This document shows, piece by piece, positions 44,101-55,379 of a DNA stretch of 64,000 nt (position 1 is its first letter; the number at the start of each line of letters is the position of its first letter). This DNA is from Eledone cirrhosa. Lineage: Eukaryota. A model generated the notes under the pieces. It saw only the letters and a list, made by a program, of their open reading frames with translations, searched no databases and had not been told where the DNA came from. The stretch is from NCBI GenBank assembly GCA_964016885.1, contig OZ024741.1, forward strand, positions 190,340,001 through 190,404,000, given 5' to 3'. The position numbers were made by a program, and so were the translations under genes.

Positions 44101-46258
44101 CTATCTTTGACATGTCAAGTATTCTATCTACCGTTAATTAAATATTATATACACAAACCATGTCTCGTTTTGTTACATTCATACAACCAGTAATCTCGCT
44201 ATATACGCGTTAGCCACCTCCGCTCGACCTTTCAGAGATAGCTTCCTCTCCGCTCATTTCTGGGTGAGAGAAGCCACCCTGCTCGTCATCTCGTCCCAGA
44301 TATTATCCGTCTGGAGGTCCGGACCGAACCAGACCCCTAGCAAAATAACCGGTCCGTCTGTCCAGCGCCCTACGACGCTGTTGGACGGCATGGACCTGCC
44401 TCTCCAGGTTGTCGAGCTGCAGGCCCACTGACTTTTCCTGGTTGATCATTGCTCCTGTCACCGCTTCGTATTCTCTTAGTGTAGTGCCGATCGCCTCGAT
44501 GTGTTTGGCGTTCGACACCACTACGGTGACATCGTCCGCATATGCTGACACGGATCGTCCGCATCCTAGTTCGCGCGGGACCCCCCTCAACGTCTCCAGT
44601 TTGTGCAGTAATGGCTCGAGAGTCAATACGTACAAGAGGGACGAGAAGGGACATCCTTGGCGGACCGAGCGCATGATGTTGAACGGTTCCGAAAGGTGAC
44701 CGTTCACTCTCACGACAGAGCAGATATCGCTGTGCATGGCAGCGATCCAGCCTCTGAGGACGGGCCCAAAGCCAGCCGCCCTCAGGACTGCTGCTAGGTA
44801 ACGATGGTCTACCCTATCAAAAGCTTTCGACTGATGTAAATTGATCAAGGACCCACCCGTGCCAGGTTCCCTAGCTACCCTCTCTACGATGTATCGCATG
44901 AGGTGGAGGTTGTCGTGGATGGATCTGTCGGGAATGGCGCACGTCTGCGCCTCTCTCACCAGACCACCAACGACAAGCGCCAACCTCTTTGCTAGCACCT
45001 TGGCCAAAATCTTGAACTCTGTGTTTAGCAGAGTTATGGGCCTGAAATTATCTATGTTATCCCCCTTGTTCGGATCCTTTCTCAGCAGCGCCACCGCTCC
45101 TCGGCTCACAGAGCTGGGAATTCTCGCATTCTGTTGCCAGTTGCAGTAGACATCCACCAAGAGGCCTCCGAACAAGTCTGGCATCTGTACGTAAAGTTCA
45201 TAGGGCAGACCATCCAAACCAGGCGATTTATCCCTTGTGCAGACAGTCATTGCCTCCCGTACTTCAGCGGCTGTTATCGGTTTTTCGCAACACTCCGCGG
45301 CAGTCCGTCGAGGTAGACACTAAAGTCTATCCCTCGAGCCGGCCCGCCGCTGCCCCCGAACAGCTGTGCGAAGTGTCGCTGGAAAGCTTCACACATTTGA
45401 CCGGGATCGAGTAGCATGCGCCCGTCGTGGTCCACCAAAGACCGGATCGTGGCTTTGTTGCCACGACGCGCCTCCGCCATCCGGGCCCATTGAACGGCTT
45501 TCGTCCCCTCGTGTCCGAGAGCACGCACCCTAGCTCCGACAACGCAGCCTTCGTGCTTTGCATTGAAGAATTGGTCAAGGGCCAATTTCGCCGCAAGTAC
45601 GTCGGTCGCGATGCCTTTGCTAAGCACCTCGTCTAATTTTCTAACTAGTTCTCCCTCTGCTCTATTTTTCTCTATTGCTAAAGCCTTACTAAACCTAATG
45701 GACTCTATTCTAATCGCTCTTTTTAGAGCAAACCACCACTTGTTGTTGACGATGGTCCCCGTCAACGCCCGCTTAACTAGTTCGCTAATCCGGTCTCTGT
45801 AGGCCTTACGCGCTGGTAAAGACGCGTTTAGCTTCCAGTAGCCGGGTCCTCGTCTATGAAGCCTATCTAAATCAAGCACACAGATCACGAATTTGTGGTC
45901 CGTGTAGCTGACTATCTTGAATTGTGGATAGCCTATGCTAGACCTATCTATTTCCCTATAAAATACCCTATCTAGATATGATTTGGATGACCCGATGCGG
46001 TTTGTCCAAGTCCACATTGGCACATTCGGGATATCCAATCGGTACCTGTCCGACAGTTGAAAACGCCTGAGTAGGTTTGCAAGGCTTTTACACCCTCCTC
46101 CCCTATCCGCTAATCCCACACAATCCCAGCGTGCATCTGAGATCCCGTTCCAGTCGCCCACTAACACTAAAGAGCGGGACGTTCCAAGAAGGGTCTCCAG
46201 ACGCCGGAAGAATTCAGGTCGTCCTGCTCTTGTTGGGGCATAGGCGGCCACTAGTCTG
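41107..46258 (-). mobile_element. L1/Tx1-clade LINE ORF2 (EN-RT-C-terminal zinc finger), interrupted by an LTR element
   Basis: ORFs 45274..46251 (AYAP, VGDWN, YLDR, PGYWKLN), 44303..45250 (KSPGLDGLP, FRPITLLN, KAFDRVDH, VRQGCP, AYADD) and 41500..42339 (CPRC...ETVLHALVQC); AATAAA followed by an (ATT)n tail at ~41107-41160. Confidence 0.93.
42417..44203 (+). mobile_element. Non-autonomous LTR retroelement: 366-bp LTRs (42417-42782, 43838-44203), tRNA-Trp PBS, PPT, 4-bp TSD TACG
   Basis: The LTRs differ at one position I could see. PBS TGGTAACCCTGACGTGAT at 42784-42801; purine tract GGCGGGAGG before the 3' LTR; no gag/pol in the 1055-bp internal region. Confidence 0.95.
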
Positions 46259-46261
46259 AGT

Positions 46262-47738
46262 AAAAGTGCACAATGGCAAGACTAATTTAACAATGAAGGT
46301 GGTTCAGGATTAGTACCCCACCAATCCTGAACCACCCTGCGCTTCTAGGGCACCCAGGGAGAGACCCCTCTCCTCAAGTTAGCTAGTCTATAGGCGCATG
46401 GTCAGAGTAGGCCTATTCACATGGGCCATTCTCACTACATTCATCCACCTTTTAGCAAATGTACTGGGAGGAGGGGGCAGCACTTCTCCCTCAACCCTCA
46501 CCTTCCTTTCAAGGTGAAACTTGAAAAAGTTGATGCAGGATTGACCGAAGAGAAAAGTGTCTGTCGTCAGTCCTTTCAATCTGGTCCACCATAAAACCTC
46601 TTTCGCAACTGCCACCAGACAGAGGAAAATTGCCTGCCCTTTCTGGCCAAAGGAAGGCGGCGGGTCGATCTTCACTATGGACTCGGACGATAGCCGGATC
46701 CGTTCTACATGCGACATTAGCTGTTCGACATAACTCCACAAGTCAGTAATACACGGACATTGGACAAGTGCGTGCAGAACGGTTTCGTCGCTCTGTGCGC
46801 ATCTTGGGCAGGTCCGTCTGACAGCACTTCCGTGCCTGTAGAGTTTATCCCGAACCGGCAGTGACCCCCCCCCCCCCCGGTAGCACTGCCAAGCGAGGGA
46901 TTTCTGGAAATTGTCCATCGTCCCCGGCTCTAAAGTCCTCCGGAACAGACTGGTCAGTTCGACTTCGTCAAGGCCCAAAGCCTCTCCGAGTGCATCATCG
47001 CACTTGCCCACCACTAATCCTCTATAGAACTCGAGAGTGGAAGTTCCACTGATCGCATTGCCCGCTTGGTAGAGGGCAGTGAGTGCTTGTGACAACATTC
47101 CAGGTACCAGTCAGCCAGTCTCGGTCTCTTCTTGGCCCAGGACTGCAGCTCAGTCAAAGAAACGAGCTGCGGAAGGGCCCGTTTGATAAACGGCGACCAC
47201 ACCTGTTCACCGTTTAGGCAGAATATATGGAGATGTAGCAGCCTCAGTGCATGTCTGTGCATCATAAGCCACAGCATGCCCATCCCTCCGCGTAGAAGGT
47301 ACTGGCAGCAGATGGACCGCTTCACCAACGGAACTTGTCCTCTCCACAAGAATTTGAAGAGGAGCCGTTCCAACTTGACGAGGCGCGGACGGGGGAAAGG
47401 CACGACGGTCAGGCGGTAGTAGATGACGGATGCGATGTACGCATTCGCCACCTCCATGCGATCTCTCAGTGATAGCTTCCTCGCAGCCCATTTATGGATG
47501 AGTCTGGCTACTCTGCTCGTTACCTCGTCCCAATACTTATCCACCTGGAGGTCTGGCCCGAACCAAACGCCGAGCAACTATACTAGTCCGTCCGTCCAGC
47601 GCCCAACGACGCTGTTGGACGGCATGGACTTGCCTACTAGGTGCAGAGTTGCAAGCCCACCGACTTTTCCGGGTTAAGTTTTGATCCCGTCAACCTTTCA
47701 TATTCCTCCAATAAGTTGCCGACCACCTCGATTTCTGA
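46262..47738 (-). mobile_element. Second L1/Tx1-clade LINE, 3' portion
   Basis: ORFs 47014..47577 and 46388..47098 are paralogous to the 41107-46258 element; the 5' edge reads EIEVVGNLLEEYERLTGSKLNPEKSVGLQL. Confidence 0.9.
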
Positions 47739-50024
47739 CAGTAAAGGTCCGTATTCCCAGGATCCAACCAGGAATGAACATATGGTGGCTCCTGGGATGC
47801 GTCATCGAGGAGGGGACAGACACTAACCTCCTAGATATCAAAAGTACAGAGAGAGAAGACTGGTCCGTAATGGATTTGGAGATTCTTCTCCAAATGAAAC
47901 CAGAGGACATCAACAACATCCCGGATTTTGCCCGCCTGCAGGGCGGGACAACAATCCAATTAATCACTGAGGGAAGAAGGCCGCACTGCTTCGTCTGCGG
48001 GGAAGCAACGCTTCTGCAAGCCTTCTGCCCTCAGCTAAAAAATGCAGGGGGTCACAAACCTCCTTTGTTGCCAACGCCAGTATCAGCACGGAAAGCTGCA
48101 CCACCACCACCAAAAACAACACCAACAAAGACACGGGTAACCCCACCAACATCAAAAACAGCCGGACCACCACCAACACCGAAACCAATCCAAGGGGAAA
48201 GCGAGGAAAGCTCTCCCACTCCCTCTACCCCTCCAATTATACACATAGACAAACCAATAAATGCACACACAGACACAGATACACCCACAGCCACATACCC
48301 TTTGTCTTCCAGCAGCGAAGATGAAGAAAAACCGAAAAGTGCCAAAAAAACAAAAGAGAAAACACACAAAAAAGCCCCAACAAAACACAAAAACACACAC
48401 AACAAAAAATACAGACACCACTAACGCAAACACTTCCCCAATAACATCAGCACCAACATCAACATCAACACCACCCCCACAATCCCCGAAACGCAAACAA
48501 CCTAAACAAACACAAGAACAAATAAACACACAGACACCAGAAATTGTAGACACCACACCTACAACAAACAAAGACATACCCGAAACAACACCACCAAAAC
48601 CATCACCACCACAGTCACCAAAACGAAAACAAATAAAACCACACCAACAAAATATTAAAAACTTCGTGCTTGTCAGAAGGGCCAACGATAAACTGATGGC
48701 CCTCTTAGCACGAAGAGAGGACATTCAAATAGAGGGGGAGATCTTTGAAATGACCACATTTTGCGTGCCAGAAGATTTGCTTCTGGTCCGAATGTCGCTT
48801 GATTCCTTCAAAGAAATTCGGGAGAGCTTTCCTCAAGACGTGGGAACCCCAAATGTGAAACTCACATCGAGACTTTTAAAGGTGTTCCCAAAAGAAACCC
48901 CACCAACCATGGAGGTCGAACCACCCGACCTTCACAAGACCCCGGGAGGTAAGTAAACCTTCCCTCTCTCTTTTAGCTTGCCATTTCTTCAATGTGAAAC
49001 ACGAAGGTTGCATTGTCAGAGCTAAGGCGCGTGCGCTGAGAAACGAAGGAACCAAAGCCGTTCGATGGGCCCGCGTGGCGGAGGCGCACCGTGGTAATAA
49101 AACCACAATTCGATCTTTGGCGGACCGAGACGGACACGAGATAAGCGATTCCAAGCGGATGTGTGAGGCCTTTCGCCAGCACTTTGCTCGGTTGTTCGGG
49201 GAGACTGGTGGGTCAGAGAGAGAGTAGCGGATTTCAGTCCCTACCTTGATGGCTTGCCGCGCATCTCGACGGTCGACGCTGAGCGCTGCGAAAGGCCGAT
49301 TAGTTCAGCCGAAATTCAGGACGCCCTTGTCGGCTGCATAAGGCGCAAGTCACCCGGTTTGGATGACCTGCCCTACGAGCTTTACGTAAATATGTCAGAC
49401 TTGTTTTCCGATCTCCTCGAAGCGCTCTACTGCAACTAGCAGCAGAATGGGAGTATTCCCAGTTCTGTGAGAAGGGGAGTGGTGACGCTGATAAGGAAAG
49501 ACGAGAACAATAGGGATACATTAGACAACTTCAGACCCATAATTCTGCTCAACACAGTTTAAGATTTTGGTCAAGGTGTTAGCAAAGAGATTGGCGCTTG
49601 TCGTCGAGGATTAGGTTGGGGAGGCGCAAACTTGCGCAATCCCAGCCAGGTCCATACACGACAATCCCCAGCTCATGCGATACATCATAGAGAGGGTAGG
49701 GTGTAAACCTGGCTTCGGTGGGGTACTGATCAATTTAGATCAATCGAAAGCATTCGATAGGGTCAACCATCGGTATCTGGAGGATGTCCTCAAAGCGGCT
49801 GGCTTCGGCCCTGTCTTCAGAAGCTGGATCGCTGCAATGCACAGTGCCACATCCTCGGTGGTCAAGGTTAATGGCCACCTCTCAGAACCATTTCGGCTCT
49901 CCCGATCGGTCGGTCAAGGGTGCCCTCTCTCTTCCCTTCTGTACGTATTGACTCTCGAGCCTTTACTGCGGATGCTGGAGCTGTTGCAGTGCATCCCGCT
50001 CGAACCGGGACGGGGAAGGGCTGT
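47739..50024 (+). mobile_element. L1/Tx1 ORF1-like segment (degenerate zinc knuckle, P/T/K-rich) joined to an ORF2 RT fragment, inverted relative to its neighbour
   Basis: EGRRPHCFVCGEATLLQAFC; 48994..50024 KHEGCIVRAKARAL...KSPGLDDLP...LDQSKAFDRVNH...QGCPLS. Confidence 0.85.
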
Positions 50025-50139
50025 GTTTCTACTTTTGGCACAAGGCCAGCAATTATCCAGTACATTACTGGTACTTTATTTTATCGACCCCGTAAGGATG
50101 AAAGGCAAAGTTAGCCTCGGCGGGATTTGAACTCAAACT

Positions 50140-53100
50140 AATGAAATTATTGTGTACAGTGCTCAGGTGCACTACAACTCATCAAAGGTGCATGTATAGT
50201 ACATAGAATAATGTACAAATGTCAGGAAAGTGAACAGTGTATGAGTCATGAAATACATGTGTGCGTGTGTATGGAGGGGGGATATTAAGTATAGTGTTGG
50301 TGAATCTCAGGAAGCATGGAGGTTTTAAAGGATGCAGTGTCTCGACAGCTAACAACTGATGCAGGTAGTTTGTTCCATGCTTGAGCAACTCTGAGCATGA
50401 AAAAATGTTTCCGAAAGTCATGGGAGCTGTGCTGTTTTCTGACTTTGTTGGCATGCCCAAGTGTGTTAGACACATGGAAATCAAAAAGGTACTCAGGGTT
50501 GTTGTTGGTAAGATGGTTAATAAATGTGTGGGTGTTTACCAAGTCCATTGCCAGACGTCGGAGCTTCAATGTATCCATGCCCAGGGAAGCAAGGCGTTCA
50601 GAGTATGGTAGATGCCTGATGGAGGGTATTCACTTGGTTGCACGTCTCTGAACAGTTCCCAGGCGGTCAATGTTCTGAGCAAGATAGGGTTTCCAGACTG
50701 GTGATGAAAATTCTAAGTGTGGCCGCACCATAGCTATATACAGCTTTAAATAGATATCTGGAGAGCGGCTGACAAAGGTCTTGCTGAGTGATGCTAAGAC
50801 ACCCTCGGCCTTCTTGACAATTTTAGAGACATGCTTCGTCCAACGCAAATCGCTGATGACAATAATGCCCAAGTCACGTTCACAAGAAAACTTCTTGATA
50901 TTAGTGTTATGGAGGGAGTATGTGGACGCTGGGTTTTTTCCTCCCAAAATGTCTATAGCCAACTTGAGTTGCCAGTCCGTGATCCATTGTTGTATTGTGT
51001 CCAGGCCAGATTGCAGGAAAGATCTATAGTGTTCAGGATATGTCCTTTTTATCTCAAGGTACAGCTTGATGTCATCTGCATATTTCAGTACTGTGGCATT
51101 CTATGCCACAAACAAAAGGGGGACAAGAACAGATCCCTGTAGTAGACCAGATGACATCTCATACGGTGAGGAATGCTGTCCTAGAACCGTGACTACCTCT
51201 CTTCGACTGAGAATGAAGGACTTCAACCAGTAAAAAAGATCATCCTTCACACCCATTTCAGAGCGTTTTGCCAAAAGTATTTTGTGTGGCACAGAATAGA
51301 AAGCTTTAGCAAAGTCAAGGTAAACAACATCCACCCATGAACCGCCCTCAGTGATCCGGGTGATGTCTTCAAGAAACTCAATAAGTTGATCACAGCAGCT
51401 GGAGTTAGGAATAAATCCAAATTGCGAGGGCCGGATAAGACTGTGAGAGTTCCAGAAGTTCCAAAGTGTTTCTCTGACACAGGATTCCATCAGTTTGACA
51501 ATGCAGCTAGTAAGACTGACTGGAGGATAATTGACAGGTGATGTGCGGTCACCCTTTTGAACAGAGGAATGACACTGGCAGTTTTCCACTGCTCTGGAGT
51601 AGCACCGTTGTTCAGACAGAATTGGAAGAAGCGTGATAGCTGGTGCAGACGGAAGTACCCACCACATTTGAGAAGCAGGTACGTAACACCATCAAGACTA
51701 GGAGAGGCATGGTTGCGTTTATTCTTGTGACGTCACAACATTTCAGGTGTAAATTCCATAGTTGTTATGGAATTTGATGTTAGAGATGGTGGAGATAGTG
51801 GAAATGGTACATTTTGGTCTTCAACAGTGAAAATGCCTGCATAGCATTCAGCAATGAGTTCTGCGCATTTCTTGGGGTTGTCAGTAACCTGGCTTGTGTG
51901 GGGATTGCGAAGAGGACCAACTGGAGAGTGAGGCCTCTGCCTTGAGTGAACATACTTCCAGAACACCTTACTGTCAGGTCTGGTTGCTATGCGCTGCTCA
52001 AATTGAAGCACTGCCTTTTTTGTCACCTGTTTGAGGTGGTTGGACGATCTATTTCGCCTCTTCCTATTAATGTCTGATTTGTGAAGTTTGTACTTACGCT
52101 CAGCATTACGACGTTCTTTTCTGGCAAGACGGACTGCTGCAGTCTCCCAAATTGCACTTTTGATATGTTTTTTCTGCTTACGTGGCACTGATGCTGCACA
52201 TGCTGTCCATATTGAGCTCAGGATGTTCTGGAGTACAGTGTTGACATCTCCAGAGTCGTAGAACTCAAGCCAGTTTGGACGTTGTAACTCGGTGCAGTAA
52301 CAGTTCCAGTATGCTTTATTCCATTCAAAGTGAACAGTTTGGAGATAGTTGTGGTTTTTGTTACTGCCCTTGAGGGATAGATTGGCAATGATCAATCTCT
52401 GGGTGATTGAAGTGTAGCGAGATCTGTCCACGCCTTGAACCTTGGGTGACACCTAAAGGTCAAAGTCTAGGTCACCACCCTTTTGATGTGAACAGGTTCA
52501 TGCGTGGGCTATCCCCTCAAGGTGACAGACAGAAAGCGACAGGTATATAAAGCCTATATTTTCCCACCTTAGATACAGAGAGATCGGAGCACCACGATAC
52601 AGACCAGTTGTGTGAAAGATTCACCGCTACCTTCAGGCCCCAGAGGTCTACAGAAATACAGAGAGATCGGAGCAGTACGCTATTACAAGCTATGTGAAAG
52701 ATTCACCGTTATCTACAGGCCACGGTGGTCTACAGACAACTACAGACCATTCAGAAGTCTACAGATCATTACTCTCTCTCACTCTAAGACTACACCAGCC
52801 TCATACATCAACAACAAAATATCATTGTCAACCTTCGCAACTCGCGGTAACTTGTTTATTGTTCTTTTTGACTGAAGTGAAGTAAACCTTTATATATAGA
52901 GTAAATCTTTATTCTTGTTATTACATCTAACAATCTTGTTATAATTATTCTAACAATAACTACTAATACCCTTCGTTAAAGAAGTCCCCTGCAGTAAAAA
53001 CATAAGTGGCTGTTTTTCTGGCAGCAGCTCTGAGGATATGACAAAGTTGAGTGTCCTGATGGTAATTTGGGGGACGGTAAACGTCTCCAAGTAGCAGTGT

Positions 53101-54570
53101 TGACATGGTCATACGTATATCGCAGAAAAATACTTCTTGCTGCGATTGGTTTAAATCAACAGAAGGAATTGCTGAAAAATTTGACCGAACGTAGACCATT
53201 ACACCACGACGATTAACACGGTCTTTACGAAATAAGCTGTAGCCAGCTATGCTGAAAACCCCCCATCACAGTGTAAGGAATGTGCCCAAGTTTCCGTGAC
53301 TGTAATGAAGTCAGGGTCGATACTTTTGACGTAGGAGTCAAAAAGATGTATCTTATTGCATAGACTACGTGCATTTAAGGACATCAATTTGTACCTTGAT
53401 TCCAGTCTATGATTATGTGCAGGGGATGGCAGGTTGTTCTGATTTAGTTTCCCAGAGTTCTTTCAGTTTTTTTTTATTGGCAGTTGTTGTGGGTACAATG
53501 TTTTCAGACCAGCTGGTATCTCTTTTCCATGTATATCTGCCCATCATCACGTAGGCTGAAACTTTCATGTTGTGCCGAGTTGCGGTTTAAGGAAGCTGCA
53601 GCATACAGCTTTGGGCGGACATCAAATGGAAGACCAGGGCGTGTTCGGAAGGCAATCCGACTTTCACGCCTAGCTTTATCAGAGGCCAAAAGATATGAAC
53701 GTGCCTTAGTTGAGTTCGAAAAAGACAGTCTAATTAACCTGGGTTTCAATCCTGGTCGGCCAAGACGTAGAGCACCCGTCGGGGGAGCACAGCCCAAGTC
53801 TTTGGATGAACTGGCAGCAAATGTCTGAAGATCAACCATGTCTTCTGGTACACCAATGGCAATCACTTCGTGGTTTACAGATTCAGTGGAACTCTCAATG
53901 CGGAGATTTTTTAACAAGGCACTCCGGTAAGATCCCTAATTGTGAGGTTCTACACGAACACCTGATTTGATTCCTTCTACTTTTCGGCTTAAAGCGGAAA
54001 TCATTTGCCGTATTTCCGCAAACTCCGTATTGACGGTCGATTTTTGTTGTTGTTCTTCTCCTTCTTCAACAGGAATGGTAGGGGAAGACACAGTCGTCGG
54101 TTGTTGTTGAAAAGTAACGGGAGAGGAAGACATGGGTTGCTCTTGTTGATGAAGTCCTTCAACTGGAGTAGTAGCGGAAGCTACGGTCGTTGGTTTTTGC
54201 TGTTGTTCAGGAACAATAGTAGAGGAAGACACGATCGTCTGTTTTTGTTGTTGTTGCTCAACAGCAATGGTAGAGGCAGACACACAAGCCAGGCATTGAA
54301 AGGATCAATTTGGTAGCTGGACCATTTTCCAGAGCCCATCCATCATAGAAGTATGGTGTCTCTTTTTCTGACTTGGGATCTTTTGAAAGTGTGTGGCACA
54401 TTGAAGGCAAACAGAAACACGACATTTGCCACATTCAACCCATCGATTTCGAAAGAAATTCTCTGGTTCTGTACATAGATGACAGACGTGATTTTCTAGG
54501 CAATGTTCTATTTTGGAACATCGCCCAGTTTTATCACACACTTCATCCATGGATGTCACAATAGCTATTT
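50140..54570 (-). mobile_element. CR1-clade LINE, near full length, degenerate (Cys-rich ORF1, APE remnants, RT)
   Basis: VDVVYLDFAKAF, QGSVLVPLLF, KYADD, ERDLGI, VRPHLEF, VQRRATK, RKHFFMLRV...WNKLP; EN motifs VYRPP and GDFN; ORF1 CHLC...WVECGKC. Confidence 0.92.
52413..52980 (+). mobile_element. Solo LTR (568 bp), 4-bp TSD GAAG, inserted in the CR1 endonuclease
   Basis: Starts TGTAGCG and ends CGTTAAA; GAAG at 52409-52412 and 52981-52984. Removing it restores AGDFNHPEID in the CR1 frame. TATATAAA box and an internal ~85-bp tandem repeat. Confidence 0.88.
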
Positions 54571-54766
54571 TATAGCTATTGTATAGATATACACAGGGTG
54601 GTGGATTGACACTATTGGGAGAGCGTCAGACACCATGCTTTGTAGCATAGAGTTTCGGCCTTTTACATTCTGACTTCAAATCTCGCCGAGGTTAGCTTTG
54701 CCTTTCATCCTGGGTCCAATTTAATTGACTTCCTGGCCTTGTGCCTATGGTAGACATCATTATATA

Positions 54767-54809
<43 letters not shown>

Positions 54810-54894
54810 TCTCTGCGTGCATGTATCTTCCTGCCCATATTTATTAGAATAGATAGCAGACTGAAACCAGTAAAATAATAATTAATACCAAATT

Positions 54895-54959
<65 letters not shown>

Positions 54960-54960
<1 letters not shown>

Positions 54961-55378
54961 GAGGTGGTATCAAAATGTTCCCAGGCTAGTTCTATAGTTC
55001 TATAGTGACCTTCATGCGCCAGTGTGCTGAGTGACATCATTGTGTTCACTTCACTAGTTGTGAGATTTGTTTTGTAATCACGTGTATGTTGTAGCTTGTG
55101 ATTTTGTCACGAACAAGAAGTTGGAACGTGAAATTTTGCGTTCAACTTGGGAAGTTTGCTACAGAGACATTAAACATGTTTTGGCAAGCTTACAGCGACG
55201 TGGAAATGTGTCATACACAATGTTTCGAGTGGTACAGGCGCTTCAAAAGTTGGAAGAACATCACTGGAAGATAACAAGCGATGTGGAAGACATGCCACGA
55301 ACATCACCCCCGGAAATGTGGAGAAAATTAATCAGCTTGGTCAATATATACATTTTTTTTAAACATTGATACCACCTT
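54960..55378 (+). mobile_element. Internally deleted mariner element
   Basis: TIR-like GAGGTGGTATCAA / TTGATACCACCT; remnant KFCVQLGKFATET...CFEWYRRFK (HTH). Confidence 0.75.
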
Positions 55379-55379
55379 G

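Noticed and set aside
48949-48976. GTAAGT...polypyrimidine-AG micro-intron joining ORF1 to ORF2
   Set aside because: Only 28 nt, too short for a typical spliceosomal intron; more likely the ORF1 end next to a deletion junction.
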